64,000 bases of DNA from Oceanispirochaeta sp. (lineage in GTDB: Bacteria > Spirochaetota > Spirochaetia > DSM-2461): positions 256,001 to 320,000 of the forward strand of contig CAXXXD010000004.1 in NCBI GenBank assembly GCA_963663385.2. The letters are read 5' to 3'. A program made the position numbers and the translations under genes. Shown one piece after another: positions 18,669 to 29,639 of this stretch. Positions within the stretch are counted from its first letter, which is position 1. Each line of letters begins with the position of its first letter. The notes under the pieces are model-generated. The model was given only the letters and a program-made list of their open reading frames with translations. It made no database searches and was not told the DNA's origin.

Positions 18669-20778
18669 CTCCTGTGTCAGGAACTTTATGCATATCCTCT
18701 TATTTCTTCTCTACTGGACTGCCTGTTCGGGAGAACTGTCCCTGTATGGGGGAATCATAATTTTCCTGGTTTTCTATATTCCTTTCCTGCTGCCGGTTTT
18801 CCGGGGGAGCCGGTCCCTATGGACGAGAGCCCTTTTTTATATTCTGTTTATTCTTCTTCTGTTTCCGGCAGTCAGACTGTATCAACTGGTGACGGCGGGA
18901 CTCTCTCCTCCCTGGGATTTAGGGGGAATCCTTTTTCAGTCCCACTATATTCTAATCGTTCCCCCTCTCCTTATTTGTCTGTTTCTGGTGTCTGCCGCCG
19001 AGAAAATCCCCTGGTTTTATACATTTGAAGTTCTACTCTACTCAGCTTTACTCGCGTTCTTTACTGGAAAACCGGACTGGAATCTGCAGGACTATTCGGG
19101 GCGCCTGATTCTTACCTGTCTGGCATTGTCAGCCGGAAGCGGCGGGATTCTCCTTCTCCTTTTATGGGGGAGGGGGAAAACCGTTCAGATTGATGTTTTC
19201 AGGGATATTCCGGTATTCCTGATACTGCTGAGTCTGGTTCTGATACCGGTCAGCCGCCTGTACCGTTCCGAGTCGGTAAAAGAGGGGGGCGGACTGCTGG
19301 AGTCGTCCCTCTTTCATTTCGATTTTACCGATTACCTGACCCTGGAAAGTAAAATCTCCATGAAAGATGAGCTGGTACTGCTTCTGCAGATGGAGGACGC
19401 ACCGGAAAAATCCTATCTGAGGCGGTATATACTGTCCGCCTATGACAGGGACAGAGGATTTTTCCGGGACCCTGAAAATACTCCCGAATCGGAGGATCTG
19501 TTCCTGCCGGAGTACCGGGTTCCTGAAAAGCCGGTAAAATGGGATATTCCGTTTTATTCCCGGCGGGAAAAGCTGGAGCAAACCCTGTATTTCATCAATT
19601 TTGATTCAGCCGCCTTTCTTGGCATAAACCTTCCGGAGGAAATCACCCCCTATTATACCTGGGAGGACTCTTCTTTTTCCCGGATCTATACGGTGGGATC
19701 TTCTGTCAGCCGGGCTAGCGTCTGGGATCTGATTCCGGAGGACCCCCTGCCGGCGGCGTCCCGGGAAAATGCCACTTTTCTGGAATACTATACGGAATGG
19801 GGGAAACAGGATGACGCCCGTCAGAATATTAAAGCACTGGCAGAAGATATTACCGGGGGGATAGAAGGGTATTATCAGAAAGCGGCTGCCATTCAGGAAT
19901 ACCTGCAAAACGAATACCTCTACTCTCTATCCCCCGGAACAGCGGAGGACGGCGATCAGCTCTCTTACTTTCTTTTTGATGCCAAAAAGGGGTACTGCTC
20001 CTATTTCGCCTTTTCCATGACTCTTCTCTGCCGCAGCATCGGGATACCCGCGCGGGTAGCCCTGGGTTTCTGGGTGGATACGGGATCGGAGGTCCTGAAC
20101 TTTTATCCGGTCAACGCCAATCAGGCTCATGCCTGGGTGGAGGTTTACTTTCCCCGGTTCGGATGGATGGAATTTGATCCGACTTCCCAGACCCCGGCTC
20201 CCGGAGAGGATTACGAGTTCGCCAGCTTCAATCCGGAAGAACTGGAGCCGTTTATTACAGAGATCCTGGCTAAGCAGGGATCTTTAACCGTCTCTGATAT
20301 TACAACCGCCGAGCCATCCGCTTCCCCGGGGCGTTTCATCAGGGAGCAGTGGAAGAAAGTGCTGAACCATCCGTTTCTGACTGCTGCCGGTTTTATCCTC
20401 CTTCTGTCCGGACTCTCTTTTCTAAGGCTTTTTATCTCTTTTTCATCCTTCCCCCGGACGGAAAACCGGATCCTCTTCTGGTACAGACTTCACAGAACTG
20501 TATTGATTGGCGGTCTGGGGCTGGATGGGGCTGTTTCGACGCCTCTGGAGCTGGCGGAGGCCTGCCGCGGCAGGGGCTTCGGGGAAGCCGATGCTTTCTG
20601 CAGAAATTATCTTCTGCTGCGCTTCGGGAAGGATCCGGTCAGGCGGAACAAAAATGCCCTTTCCGACTGGTTCGATTCAGCCAGAGAAATGCGAAGGCGT
20701 TTATACAGCAATATAGGGATAGGGAAAAGCATCCGGTTATTTACGGGGATGCTGATCAGACCCGGGAGGCGGTTATGA
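18649..20778 (+). CDS. Membrane transglutaminase-like protein (TgpA type)
   Basis: N-terminal TMs; GYCSYFA, GIPARVALG, AHAWVEVY, FDPT. Confidence 0.9.
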   Translation: MSVKFGSSCVRNFMHILLFLLYWTACSGELSLYGGIIIFLVFYIPFLLPVFRGSRSLWTRALFYILFILLLFPAVRLYQLVTAGLSPPWDLGGILFQSHYILIVPPLLICLFLVSAAEKIPWFYTFEVLLYSALLAFFTGKPDWNLQDYSGRLILTCLALSAGSGGILLLLLWGRGKTVQIDVFRDIPVFLILLSLVLIPVSRLYRSESVKEGGGLLESSLFHFDFTDYLTLESKISMKDELVLLLQMEDAPEKSYLRRYILSAYDRDRGFFRDPENTPESEDLFLPEYRVPEKPVKWDIPFYSRREKLEQTLYFINFDSAAFLGINLPEEITPYYTWEDSSFSRIYTVGSSVSRASVWDLIPEDPLPAASRENATFLEYYTEWGKQDDARQNIKALAEDITGGIEGYYQKAAAIQEYLQNEYLYSLSPGTAEDGDQLSYFLFDAKKGYCSYFAFSMTLLCRSIGIPARVALGFWVDTGSEVLNFYPVNANQAHAWVEVYFPRFGWMEFDPTSQTPAPGEDYEFASFNPEELEPFITEILAKQGSLTVSDITTAEPSASPGRFIREQWKKVLNHPFLTAAGFILLLSGLSFLRLFISFSSFPRTENRILFWYRLHRTVLIGGLGLDGAVSTPLELAEACRGRGFGEADAFCRNYLLLRFGKDPVRRNKNALSDWFDSAREMRRRLYSNIGIGKSIRLFTGMLIRPGRRL

Positions 20779-22508
20779 TAAAACGATTGATACTCCTGGT
20801 TCTCCTCCTTGTCTGTCCGGTCCTCGGGTCGGCTGAGTCGGCTGAAAATCTGCTGGATGAGATTGACCGGGCTATTACCGGCGAGTTCTATTCCCGTGCC
20901 CTCAGTCTCCTGAAAACGGGTTCCCTCCTTTATCCCGGGGACTTCCGTTTTCCTGTGGCCGAAGGAGATCTGTATAGTACCAGGAAGCTGTATAATCTTG
21001 CTCTGGCTTCCTATGAAAAAGCGGAGACCCTTGATCCTCTGAATCACAGAGTCCGCGAAGATATGGCTTCCACTCTGGCGTTTCTGGATCGGAATGAAGA
21101 GGCCATTGTCTATCTGGAAGGGCTTTTGGAAGAAGGGGATGATTCCAATCTGGCCGACGATCTCGGGTGGCTCTACTTCAAGACCCATCAGCCCGAAAAG
21201 GGGATTTCCTTGCTGGAGAATATCCTGGCAGGGGAATTTCACAAGTCCCTTGCCCTGACTCTCGGAACCCTTTATTCAGAGATTCCCAATCAGGAACTTT
21301 GCCGGAAATACTACCTGCTGGCCATAGACAGCGCTCTGTTGTCGGGAGAAAGCTATTTTGCTTCTGTCGGGTATTACAACCTCTCCCTGGCGGAACAGGC
21401 CTTCTACTCCTACGAGAAGGCCATCGAGTATGCCCGGCTTTCCCTGGAGCAGATGGACCGGGCGGGGGGGCACCTCGCTCTGGGCGACCTTTACCTGATG
21501 AAAGGGGATTATGAGAGTGCAGAAAGGGAGACAATGAAAGCTGTTCCCCTGGATAAAACGCCCCTGTCCACTCTGAATCTTGCATCCATACACAGGATGA
21601 AAGGGGAGCTGGACATTGCGCTGCGTGAAGCGGAATCTCTCCGGTCGGATGCCGATGATTCCTGGATGTACTATTACGGGATCGATTCCCGTCAATTTGA
21701 TATGGATGTCAATGAGCTTCTGCGGGACATCCATAAGGGGCTGTATAACCGGGAACGGCTTTTCCCGTCGAGAGGCATCCGGGGCGGCCTTCTGAAGCTG
21801 TTCAGGGCGGGCCGGAACTATGTTCTGTACCGGTATTATGATACGCAGTTCAGAATCCTGTCTTTCCGGGTGGGGCGGACCCAGTGGGAGAGGAGTTCTC
21901 CTCTGCGGGGTGCTCTGACCCTGGCTGCCGCTTCTGAGGGATTTGAGCCGACCGCAGTCAAATATCTGAGTTTTGCCCGGGATCAGGAGGCGGATGATCC
22001 CCTGTCTTCTCCCTGGTATAGCCTGGAGCTGGGGCGGGAGCGAAAAGACCGTGAATTACTGGGCCGTGCAATCGCCGATTTTCAGGAAGAATGGGAAGGC
22101 CGGCTGGTGGAGGAGTGTTCCAGAGAGATCCTCTACCTGAGCCGCCGGGATAGGAAGAGCCCTTCTTACCGGAAGAGTGCCACAGCGGTCTACTTTCAGA
22201 ATCCCGGAGGACTGGTTCAGTACGGTTTAAAACTCCCTCTTTATCTGAGTGTCAGCGGAGAAGATTCCTCTATTCTGAACCGGCTGCTGAAAAAGCAGAT
22301 GAATCATTCGGGCTTTTACCTTACACCCTCCTATGGGGGGGTAGAGGCGACTCTTCGGGTGCATTCCATCGGGGAACGGAGTTTCACTTACTCCCTTACC
22401 CGGGCGGACGGCAGCTCTGTCCTCTCCGGCCGGATTGATGCAGAACGGGGGAGGAAGGACGGGGTTTATGATCTGGTTTCATCTCTGACAACCTCCCTGT
22501 TTCCCTGA
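20775..22508 (+). CDS. Secreted tetratricopeptide-repeat protein
   Basis: Start reassigned to ATG 20775 (GGAGG RBS, signal peptide MIKRLILLVLLLV); TPR-like helical repeats. Confidence 0.75.
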   Translation: MIKRLILLVLLLVCPVLGSAESAENLLDEIDRAITGEFYSRALSLLKTGSLLYPGDFRFPVAEGDLYSTRKLYNLALASYEKAETLDPLNHRVREDMASTLAFLDRNEEAIVYLEGLLEEGDDSNLADDLGWLYFKTHQPEKGISLLENILAGEFHKSLALTLGTLYSEIPNQELCRKYYLLAIDSALLSGESYFASVGYYNLSLAEQAFYSYEKAIEYARLSLEQMDRAGGHLALGDLYLMKGDYESAERETMKAVPLDKTPLSTLNLASIHRMKGELDIALREAESLRSDADDSWMYYYGIDSRQFDMDVNELLRDIHKGLYNRERLFPSRGIRGGLLKLFRAGRNYVLYRYYDTQFRILSFRVGRTQWERSSPLRGALTLAAASEGFEPTAVKYLSFARDQEADDPLSSPWYSLELGRERKDRELLGRAIADFQEEWEGRLVEECSREILYLSRRDRKSPSYRKSATAVYFQNPGGLVQYGLKLPLYLSVSGEDSSILNRLLKKQMNHSGFYLTPSYGGVEATLRVHSIGERSFTYSLTRADGSSVLSGRIDAERGRKDGVYDLVSSLTTSLFP

Positions 22509-24640
22509 AACACCCAGCTGATACAGTCTTCCACTATTACCGTGTAGTCCTTTCCATTCTGTTTCAGTTTATAGGAACCGGTTTTGCCGCAGCTTTTGCA
22601 GGACTCTTTCAGAGAGTGTTTTCTGTAGCAGTTACGGCTGATAAAGAGGGGGAGTCCTGAGGAATCTCCGACAACGGAGAATCGGGCAGGGAGCTCTTCT
22701 GCGGGGGATTCCACCCAGCCGTAACAGCCTTTCAGATTTCCCGGTATTAACTCTTCAATGAGCATCAGTCCTGCCCTGTTGGCTGTGAGCAGACCCGTAT
22801 CAATAATGTAATCCCGGCTTCTGAAGTGCCCCTCTTTCATAAGGCCTATATGGCCCCAGTTGTTCAGTCCGAAAAGGGGTTCCGCCCCCGCGGTCTCGTC
22901 TTCGGCTTTTCGCAATGCGGCCGTATAGGAACCCTCCCCGCCGGGGAACTGAAGAGGCGATAGGGGAATAAAGGCTGTCCCTCTCCATCGGCCGGGTTTC
23001 GGGTGTGCCTGATGAAGGGAAAAATCTGTAAGGTAGGGCAGGGGAGTTCCCCCGGGTGTCCATTCCTTCCGAGGGGGGAGTGCCTTCCATTCCGTTCTTT
23101 TCTCGAAATCAAGCCACTCTCTATCCAGTTCCGAAAGGATAAAGTCTTTTTTCTCTGTCAACTGCCTTCTCTGATGTTCCATGAAAAGCCGGTAGATTTC
23201 CTGTCGGATCTTCTTGATGCGGGACGGGGGAAGGAAAAGCCCGTTCCCCCTCCTGTCCTCTTCCGGAAAACGTATGGGGCCGAATGTAAAATTATACTCT
23301 CCCGATCTGGAGAATTCAGTCCGGATTTTCTTCTCAAGCAGGTCCTGTTTATCTGATGCCTGTGCTTCCAGGGGGATGGAATGACGGAACCCCCATGATG
23401 GTACGGCCAGGTTGATTTCTGTTTCAGAAAGGGTGACTTCCAGGGAAATCGGCTTTTTATAGGGGGAATAGGCTTCCGTCCTTATCTCCTTCCAATGGTG
23501 AGCGTGGGACTGTACTTTGTAAATGGTCGCTCCTGTTACCGGGAGAGGGTCATTAAGCTGAAGCCTGACCCGTCCGGGGGGATAGGAATCTCGTTTTCCG
23601 GGAAACCGGACCGCAAACTGGATCGCCCTGTTCTTTTTATCCAGGTACATTAATCCGTCTCTTGTATTCAGGCTGACGGCGGACTCCAGCGTAATGACTT
23701 TCCCATTGTTTCCGACGACTTCTCCCGCCGGGACACCCATGTGGGAGGGGTAGGCGGTATTGATCATGTCTTCCCCCTTCCGGCTGAAAAGGTGGCCTTT
23801 TACCGGTTTCCTGGCATAGGCTATCCGGGCCTCTTCTTCCAGATACCGGATCTTTTCACTAGCCTCCCCGTCCAGAATGTGGCGGTAGAGCTTTGAGACA
23901 GAAGCCGCATAGGCGGGGGATTTCATTCGTCCTTCGATCTTCAGGGAACAGATGCCCGCATCGGACATTTTCCGGATATCCTCCCCGGCATACAGGTCGT
24001 TGCAGGAGAAGAAATAGCCCTGGTCATCATTCTGTTCAAACCAGGTCCTGCATATCTGTCCGCAGTCCCCCCTGTTCCCCGACCGCCCGAGGAGCAGGCC
24101 CGAGGCCAGGCACATCCCTGAAAATCCATAGCACTGGGCGCCGTGGATAAACGCCTCCAGCTCCAGATCAGGACAGGCTCTATGGAGTATCTCCATTTCG
24201 CTCATACTCAGTTCCCGGGGGAGTACAACCCTTTTAAATCCGATCTCCTGAAGGGTTTTCAGCCCCCATGCATTATGAACAGCCATTTGAGTCGAACCGT
24301 GAAGATCCAGGCCGGGGAAGTGGTCCCGGACAATCTTGACCAGACCCGGATCCTGTACAATCAGGCCGTCCGGATCCATCTCGTCTATAATCTGAAGGGT
24401 GTCGATAACCCGGGGAAGTTCACTCTCTTTCAGGATGGTATTAAGGGTGATATAGACCTTCTTCTCCCGGGATAAGGTCCACTGCCGCAGACGGCTCAGC
24501 TGATCAGGGGTGAGGTTTTTTGCCGCTTTTCTGGCGGAAAAACTCTGCAGGCCGCAATACACCGCATCCGCTCCGTTTTCCAGCGCTGCCATGGCTGATT
24601 CAAAACTGCCCCCCGGGGCAAGAAGTTCGGTTCTGTTCAT
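22466..24640 (-). CDS. U32 family protein (RlhA-like)
   Basis: ELLAPGG, GADAVY, HGSTQM, RVVLPRELS, NRGDCGQICR, SLKIEGRMK. Confidence 0.9.
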   Translation of the reverse strand: MNRTELLAPGGSFESAMAALENGADAVYCGLQSFSARKAAKNLTPDQLSRLRQWTLSREKKVYITLNTILKESELPRVIDTLQIIDEMDPDGLIVQDPGLVKIVRDHFPGLDLHGSTQMAVHNAWGLKTLQEIGFKRVVLPRELSMSEMEILHRACPDLELEAFIHGAQCYGFSGMCLASGLLLGRSGNRGDCGQICRTWFEQNDDQGYFFSCNDLYAGEDIRKMSDAGICSLKIEGRMKSPAYAASVSKLYRHILDGEASEKIRYLEEEARIAYARKPVKGHLFSRKGEDMINTAYPSHMGVPAGEVVGNNGKVITLESAVSLNTRDGLMYLDKKNRAIQFAVRFPGKRDSYPPGRVRLQLNDPLPVTGATIYKVQSHAHHWKEIRTEAYSPYKKPISLEVTLSETEINLAVPSWGFRHSIPLEAQASDKQDLLEKKIRTEFSRSGEYNFTFGPIRFPEEDRRGNGLFLPPSRIKKIRQEIYRLFMEHQRRQLTEKKDFILSELDREWLDFEKRTEWKALPPRKEWTPGGTPLPYLTDFSLHQAHPKPGRWRGTAFIPLSPLQFPGGEGSYTAALRKAEDETAGAEPLFGLNNWGHIGLMKEGHFRSRDYIIDTGLLTANRAGLMLIEELIPGNLKGCYGWVESPAEELPARFSVVGDSSGLPLFISRNCYRKHSLKESCKSCGKTGSYKLKQNGKDYTVIVEDCISWVFQGNREVVRDETRS

Positions 24641-24711
24641 GGGGAAAATCTAACATTGTGTTTCTCCTTTGTATAGTTTGGCTTTTCCTTTTTCTGGTAT
24701 AATCTGCGAGT

Positions 24712-25416
24712 ATGAAAAGAATCTCAGCTCCTGAGCTATCCGACCCCGTTTCCTGTCCCTACCTTGAAAACCATTCCTACAGACAGGAGTATTTTCTGGG
24801 AGTAAAAGGGGATTCAGATAGTTTTCAGACTCTTCTTGATGCACGCTGGAGACGATTCGGGGTAGTATTTTTCAGGCCGGTCTGTCCTGATTGCCGCAAA
24901 TGTATCCCCATCAGGGTGGATGTAAAACGCTTTAAACCGTCAAGAAGCCAGAAAAGGGTACTGAGGAAGAACAGGAAGACGGTTGTCCGTTTTTCGAACC
25001 TTGTCTATAAACCGGAAATGTTCAGGATTTATGAAAAACACAGCCGGGTCAAATTTGATCAGTCTGTAACAGAGGAGGAGTTCTTCAGGAGTTTCTTTCA
25101 GCCTGCCGTTCCATCTTTTCAATCGGAGTTCTATGCGGATGATCAAATGATCGGGTTTGGTATCCTGGATATCGCTGCAACGGGTCTCAGTACGGTTTAT
25201 TTCGCCTATGATCCCGCCTTCAGTGTTTTGAGTCCGGGGACATTCAGTATTCTTGCAGAGATTGAGGAAACAGGAAAGCTGGGGCTGGACTACTATTACA
25301 GCGGTTATTATATCAGGGAGTGTTCCCGGATGGCCTATAAAGGGAAATTTCATCCCTATGAAATGCTGATTGATGGAACCTGGATTCCTGAAGAGTCCCC
25401 TGATAATCCTGTTTAG
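24712..25416 (+). CDS. Arginyl/leucyl-tRNA-protein transferase (ATE/Bpt family)
   Basis: CPYL, WRRFG..FFRPVCPDCRKC, LSTVYFAYDP, YYYSGYYI, MAYK. Confidence 0.9.
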   Translation: MKRISAPELSDPVSCPYLENHSYRQEYFLGVKGDSDSFQTLLDARWRRFGVVFFRPVCPDCRKCIPIRVDVKRFKPSRSQKRVLRKNRKTVVRFSNLVYKPEMFRIYEKHSRVKFDQSVTEEEFFRSFFQPAVPSFQSEFYADDQMIGFGILDIAATGLSTVYFAYDPAFSVLSPGTFSILAEIEETGKLGLDYYYSGYYIRECSRMAYKGKFHPYEMLIDGTWIPEESPDNPV

Positions 25417-26384
25417 AATACGGCGTAGGATGTTCCCAGAAAATACAAATAGAACAGGAGCAGAAGAACTCCTTCAAAGCGGTGTACCTTTTTATCCTGC
25501 AGGATAAAAATTCCTACAACCGTGGCGGCCAGAAAGAAGGGGAGAGTCTTCAGGGGAAAGTTCTCTGTTATTCTGAGGGGGCCGAAGAAGGCGCTTATTC
25601 CCATAACCGCAAAGGTATTGAATATATTCGAACCGATCACATTCCCTACAGCCATCTCTCCCTTGCCTTTTCTGGCTGCCTGAACGGATACCATCACTTC
25701 CGGCAGGGATGTTCCCAGAGCCACAGCCGTTAGGGCGATTATATCTGTTCCGATCCCGACAATTTCGGAAATCCTTACAACTGAACGAACCGTAATATCC
25801 GCCCCAAAGGTAATTCCGACAGGGCAGAGTACAAGGATAATCCATGGTTTGATCCCCAGTTTCCCCTTGTCCTCTTCTTCGCTCAGCTGTTCCGAAATCG
25901 AGCCGCTTTTTATGGAACGGTACAGGTAGAGGGCCAATCCCGACAGACAGATAACCGCTTCTGCCGTAGTGAAGTTTCTGTCGTAGGTCATAAGGGACAG
26001 GAGGATGGCCGAACTTACCAGGAAGGGCAGGTCCATTTTGAAAATATCATGTTCAATTGTGTAGGAGCTGGCAAAAAGGGCGCTTACTCCCAGTACCAGA
26101 AAGATGTTTGTAATATTGGAGCCCACCACATTGGATATGACAATCTCCGAATTCCCGGCTATTACGGCAACAACGGATGACGCCAGTTCGGGAAGAGATG
26201 TTCCGAAACCAATGATAACCACGCCGATGATAAATCCCGGGAGATTGAAGTGTACTCCTATTGTTTCCGCCGAATCTATAAACCAGTCCGAGCTGTAACT
26301 CAGCAGCATCAGTCCTGCGGCAAGCGCCAGAAACCATAGTAAAAGTAACATCTTTTCCCTCTCTGAGTAATCTGGAAGAATCAT
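25413..26384 (-). CDS. Calcium/sodium antiporter (YrbG family)
   Basis: Two GTSLPE alpha-repeats; GSNITN and GSNIFN. Confidence 0.92.
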   Translation of the reverse strand: MILPDYSEREKMLLLLWFLALAAGLMLLSYSSDWFIDSAETIGVHFNLPGFIIGVVIIGFGTSLPELASSVVAVIAGNSEIVISNVVGSNITNIFLVLGVSALFASSYTIEHDIFKMDLPFLVSSAILLSLMTYDRNFTTAEAVICLSGLALYLYRSIKSGSISEQLSEEEDKGKLGIKPWIILVLCPVGITFGADITVRSVVRISEIVGIGTDIIALTAVALGTSLPEVMVSVQAARKGKGEMAVGNVIGSNIFNTFAVMGISAFFGPLRITENFPLKTLPFFLAATVVGIFILQDKKVHRFEGVLLLLFYLYFLGTSYAVF

Positions 26385-26448
26385 ACTCCTTCCCCGGTAA
26401 ATGGGGAATCCGTTCCGGAGGGTTTTTGAAAATATTCTATAAAAGGGG

Positions 26449-26477
26449 TTGATTTCCCCACGTATTTTGTATATAAA
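26449..26477 (+). promoter_or_regulatory. Sigma70 promoter of tRNA-Gly
   Basis: TTGATT-17-TATAAA. Confidence 0.6.
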
Positions 26478-26490
26478 TACCTTCGTAATT

Positions 26491-26562
26491 GCGAAAGTAG
26501 CTCAGTGGTAGAGCTCCACCTTGCCAAGGTGGATGTCGCGGGTTCAAGTCCCGTCTTTCGCT
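26491..26562 (+). tRNA. tRNA-Gly(GCC), CCA not encoded
   Basis: GCGAAAGTAGCTCAGTGGTAGAGCTCCACCTTGCCAAGGTGGATGTCGCGGGTTCAAGTCCCGTCTTTCGCT. Confidence 0.97.
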
Positions 26563-26569
26563 TAAAGCA

Positions 26570-26601
26570 AAGGCTGAATCTCTGATTCAGTCTTTTTTTT
26601 T
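26570..26601 (+). terminator. Terminator after tRNA-Gly
   Basis: AAGGCTGAATC-TCT-GATTCAGTCTT followed by T-run. Confidence 0.8.
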
Positions 26602-26773
26602 ATAATCGTGGGACTTGAAACCATTCCTACCGTTAAATAAAGAAAGTTTCCAAAACTCAGGAAATCGATCTCTTTGTTATTAAATAGGAGATGGATGTTT
26701 ACTATATTTTCCTTGCTGACTGCTGTTTTCTCTGGTAAAATGTACTTTTATTTTATTGAGGGTTATCCATAGC

Positions 26774-28627
26774 ATGTCCAGTTCAAAAATTTTACCCAGG
26801 ATTGCCTATTTGCTGATTCTGAGTATCTTCCTTCTTGTCGGGACAATATTCCTCTCCATGCACCTTTCCATAAGAACGCTCCCTCAGGCAAAGCACGGTA
26901 TTCTGGATTTAAGGTCTTTGAGTATGGACTCTGATCCGGTAATTCCTCTCAATGGCGAGTGGCTTTATTATCCCGGCAGACTGGATCAGAATGATGATCG
27001 CCCCCTATCAAGCAGCAAGGGAGAGACTTTTTCTGTCCCGAATTTCTGGAGCTCTCCTTCCCTGCCGAAAGAGAACCGTTTCGGATACGGGGTATTTCGT
27101 CTCCGGATCCTCCTGCCGGATGAGTGTAAAAGTTTTGCCATCAAACTGAAGAATATTACGCCCAACTATGAACTTTGGATAAATGATGAATTTATTACAG
27201 GGGCAGGAGTTGTAAGTCCTGACAGAACGGAATCCAGACCCGGGAATAAAACGTATCTGACTACCGTTCCCTGTCCCGGGTCAGTCGCTAATATCTCTGT
27301 CAATATATCTAACTACCATAATATTTCTGCCGGAATAAACCGTGAAATCCTGATAGGGGAGTTTCAGGCTCTCTCCAGGATACATATACGTTCCATAATT
27401 CTGGAAGCCCTGACTCTGGGCGCAATTGCGGTTATTTCTCTCTATACCCTATCTGTTTTTATGCTGGATTCCAGAAAGATGGATACCCTGTTTTTAAGCA
27501 TTCTCTGTTTCAGCTCTCTTTTGTTTGCAGGACTGAAAAATGAAATGCTTCTGCTCCATTTCTTCCCTTTCCTCGAGGGAGAAGTTCGGTCAAAAATCAT
27601 ATTTCTGATACTGAATAATATGGGCGGTTTGATATTTTTCTACTTTCGGTCGCTCTATCAAAACTGTTTTTCATCGGCAGGAAGCAGATATTTTATTTTT
27701 TATATGAGTTTGAGTTCCCTTATTGTTCTTCTTTTTCCCATGCATATTCACAGCATGCTGGTTTTGCCCATGGAACTCTTTGTAGCCGCTTCCATAGTTA
27801 TAGTCCTGGCAATAGTCATTTTAAAGACCAGAAGGGAACAGATAGAACAGAATATCCTTACTCAGGTTGTCGTTATGCTGGTATTTATAAGCCTGATAGT
27901 CGGTATTCTGGATGATATTTCCTATATCCAGTTCAACTCAATCAGCCTGGTGTTCCTGCTTATACTCCTTGGCATTATCCTGCTGAGAGCCAGAGAATAC
28001 TCCCTTAATATCGGTCAGATGGAGGATCTGGAGGATTCCCGTGAGACACTGGCCAGGATCAATCAGGAACTGCTGGCCATTTCCCAACTGGACAGTCTGA
28101 CCGGAATCGCCAACAGGCGTCGTTTTGATCAGCAGCTTCTGGCTCTCTGGCAGACTGAAAAGTATACCGGAAAATCAGTAGGGCTTATCATGATCGATAT
28201 AGACTACTTTAAAAACTATAACGATTATTACGGGCATCAGAAAGGAGATGCCTGTCTTGTCAGGGTTGTCAACGGTTTAAAGAATGCCCTTCATCGCCAG
28301 AATGACTTCCTGGCCCGGTACGGAGGAGAGGAGTTTGCCGTAGTTCTCTCGGATCTGGATGGAGACGGGGTCTACAGGGTGGCAGAGAATCTGCGGAGGA
28401 ATGTTTATAACCTTGGCATTCAGCACGAAGCCTCCTCCTGTGCCCCGATTGTAACTATCAGTGTAGGGTGTGCCGTTCTGCAGGCCGGGATTGAGAGTAC
28501 ATTGACCGAATTGATATCCCAGGCCGATAAGGCTTTGTATCAGGCAAAGGCGCTCGGTCGCAATCAGGTTTGCATGGATTCGGAAATCTCTGAATTCGCT
28601 TTCCCGGACGAACTTTCCTTCGGTTAA
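26774..28627 (+). CDS. Membrane diguanylate cyclase with 7TM-DISM-like sensor
   Basis: LNGEWLYYP extracellular domain, multiple TMs, DSLTGIANRR, DIDYFK, RYGGEEF. Confidence 0.9.
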   Translation: MSSSKILPRIAYLLILSIFLLVGTIFLSMHLSIRTLPQAKHGILDLRSLSMDSDPVIPLNGEWLYYPGRLDQNDDRPLSSSKGETFSVPNFWSSPSLPKENRFGYGVFRLRILLPDECKSFAIKLKNITPNYELWINDEFITGAGVVSPDRTESRPGNKTYLTTVPCPGSVANISVNISNYHNISAGINREILIGEFQALSRIHIRSIILEALTLGAIAVISLYTLSVFMLDSRKMDTLFLSILCFSSLLFAGLKNEMLLLHFFPFLEGEVRSKIIFLILNNMGGLIFFYFRSLYQNCFSSAGSRYFIFYMSLSSLIVLLFPMHIHSMLVLPMELFVAASIVIVLAIVILKTRREQIEQNILTQVVVMLVFISLIVGILDDISYIQFNSISLVFLLILLGIILLRAREYSLNIGQMEDLEDSRETLARINQELLAISQLDSLTGIANRRRFDQQLLALWQTEKYTGKSVGLIMIDIDYFKNYNDYYGHQKGDACLVRVVNGLKNALHRQNDFLARYGGEEFAVVLSDLDGDGVYRVAENLRRNVYNLGIQHEASSCAPIVTISVGCAVLQAGIESTLTELISQADKALYQAKALGRNQVCMDSEISEFAFPDELSFG

Positions 28628-28659
28628 ACCTCCTGTCTCAGCGGTACCTTAACTTCGAT

Positions 28660-28679
28660 CCTCGAGCGTAGTCGAGAGG
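28660..28679. repeat. REP-like intergenic repeat, copy 1
   Basis: Core CGAGCGTAGTCGAG shared with 41405-41418 and 57723-57736. Confidence 0.7.
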
Positions 28680-28727
28680 GGGAAGGATATTGCTGTTATA
28701 TATAGTCTCTGATATTCTCAAACGCAT

Positions 28728-29621
28728 ATGAATAATATCAGAAAATCAGAGTTAATGCTTGTTTATATAACCGTTATCTGGGGGGGAACCTTTGTCTCAA
28801 TCAAAGCGGCCCTATCCTATACATCGCCTCTTCTGCTTATGGCTGTAAGGTTCTTTACTGCCTTTCTGTTTTTTATCCTTATCAACAGGATTAATATTCT
28901 GAAAATCAGCAGGAAGGGGGTGCTGTATGGTTCTCTTCTGGGGCTTCTGATGTTTCTGGGGTACGGGCTTCAGACGATAGGTCTTAACTTTACATCTGCC
29001 AGCCGTTCCGGATTTATTACCTATTTTTACGCTCTCCTCACCCCGTTTTTTCAGTTTCTCATCCTGAAGAGAAAACCCTTCTGGGGGAATCTTGCCGGTT
29101 TGTCCCTGGCGTTTGCCGGTTTGTACCTGATTACCGGGGGAATGGGAAAAGGGGAGCTTAACCTGGGGGATGGGATTACGCTCCTCAGCGCTGTGGCGTT
29201 CAGTCTCTATATTGTTTGTCTCAATCTGCTGAGCCGGAATGAGAATTCCGAAAATCTGACAACTGTTCAGCTCCTTGTTACGTCCATTCTTGCGGTTCTC
29301 CTGATGCCTGTCTTTGAAGAGCCTTTTATAATCCACTCCTTTGTCCTCTGGGGAAACATCCTTTTTCTCAGCCTTCTGGGAAGTGTCGTAGCCGTCTATG
29401 TTATGACCCGCTATCAGAATGCCGTATCCCCTACCCGGGCTGCCATTCTCTACTCTCTGGAACCGGTTTTCTCGGCATTCCTGGCGGTCTGGATCCTCAA
29501 GGAGGTTTTCGGTTCCTCTCAAATCCTGGGTGCTGTATTAATTCTGGGGGGGGTATTATTTTCAGAGGTTCTGGAAATCAGGCGCAGTACAGGGGAAGCC
29601 GTCCTAAATCCGGTTGACTGA
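28728..29621 (+). CDS. EamA/DMT family transporter
   Basis: IWGGTF, QTIGLNFTSA, LEPVFS; about 10 TMs. Confidence 0.9.
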   Translation: MNNIRKSELMLVYITVIWGGTFVSIKAALSYTSPLLLMAVRFFTAFLFFILINRINILKISRKGVLYGSLLGLLMFLGYGLQTIGLNFTSASRSGFITYFYALLTPFFQFLILKRKPFWGNLAGLSLAFAGLYLITGGMGKGELNLGDGITLLSAVAFSLYIVCLNLLSRNENSENLTTVQLLVTSILAVLLMPVFEEPFIIHSFVLWGNILFLSLLGSVVAVYVMTRYQNAVSPTRAAILYSLEPVFSAFLAVWILKEVFGSSQILGAVLILGGVLFSEVLEIRRSTGEAVLNPVD

Positions 29622-29639
29622 TTCGCCGATAGTTGAAGT

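Noticed and set aside
20349..20774. N-terminal extension of the TPR protein
   Set aside because: Lies inside the transglutaminase gene; RBS and signal peptide indicate a start at 20775
16490..26562. tRNA genes as island integration sites
   Set aside because: No duplicated tRNA 3' ends or adjacent integrase; the flanks look like core genes
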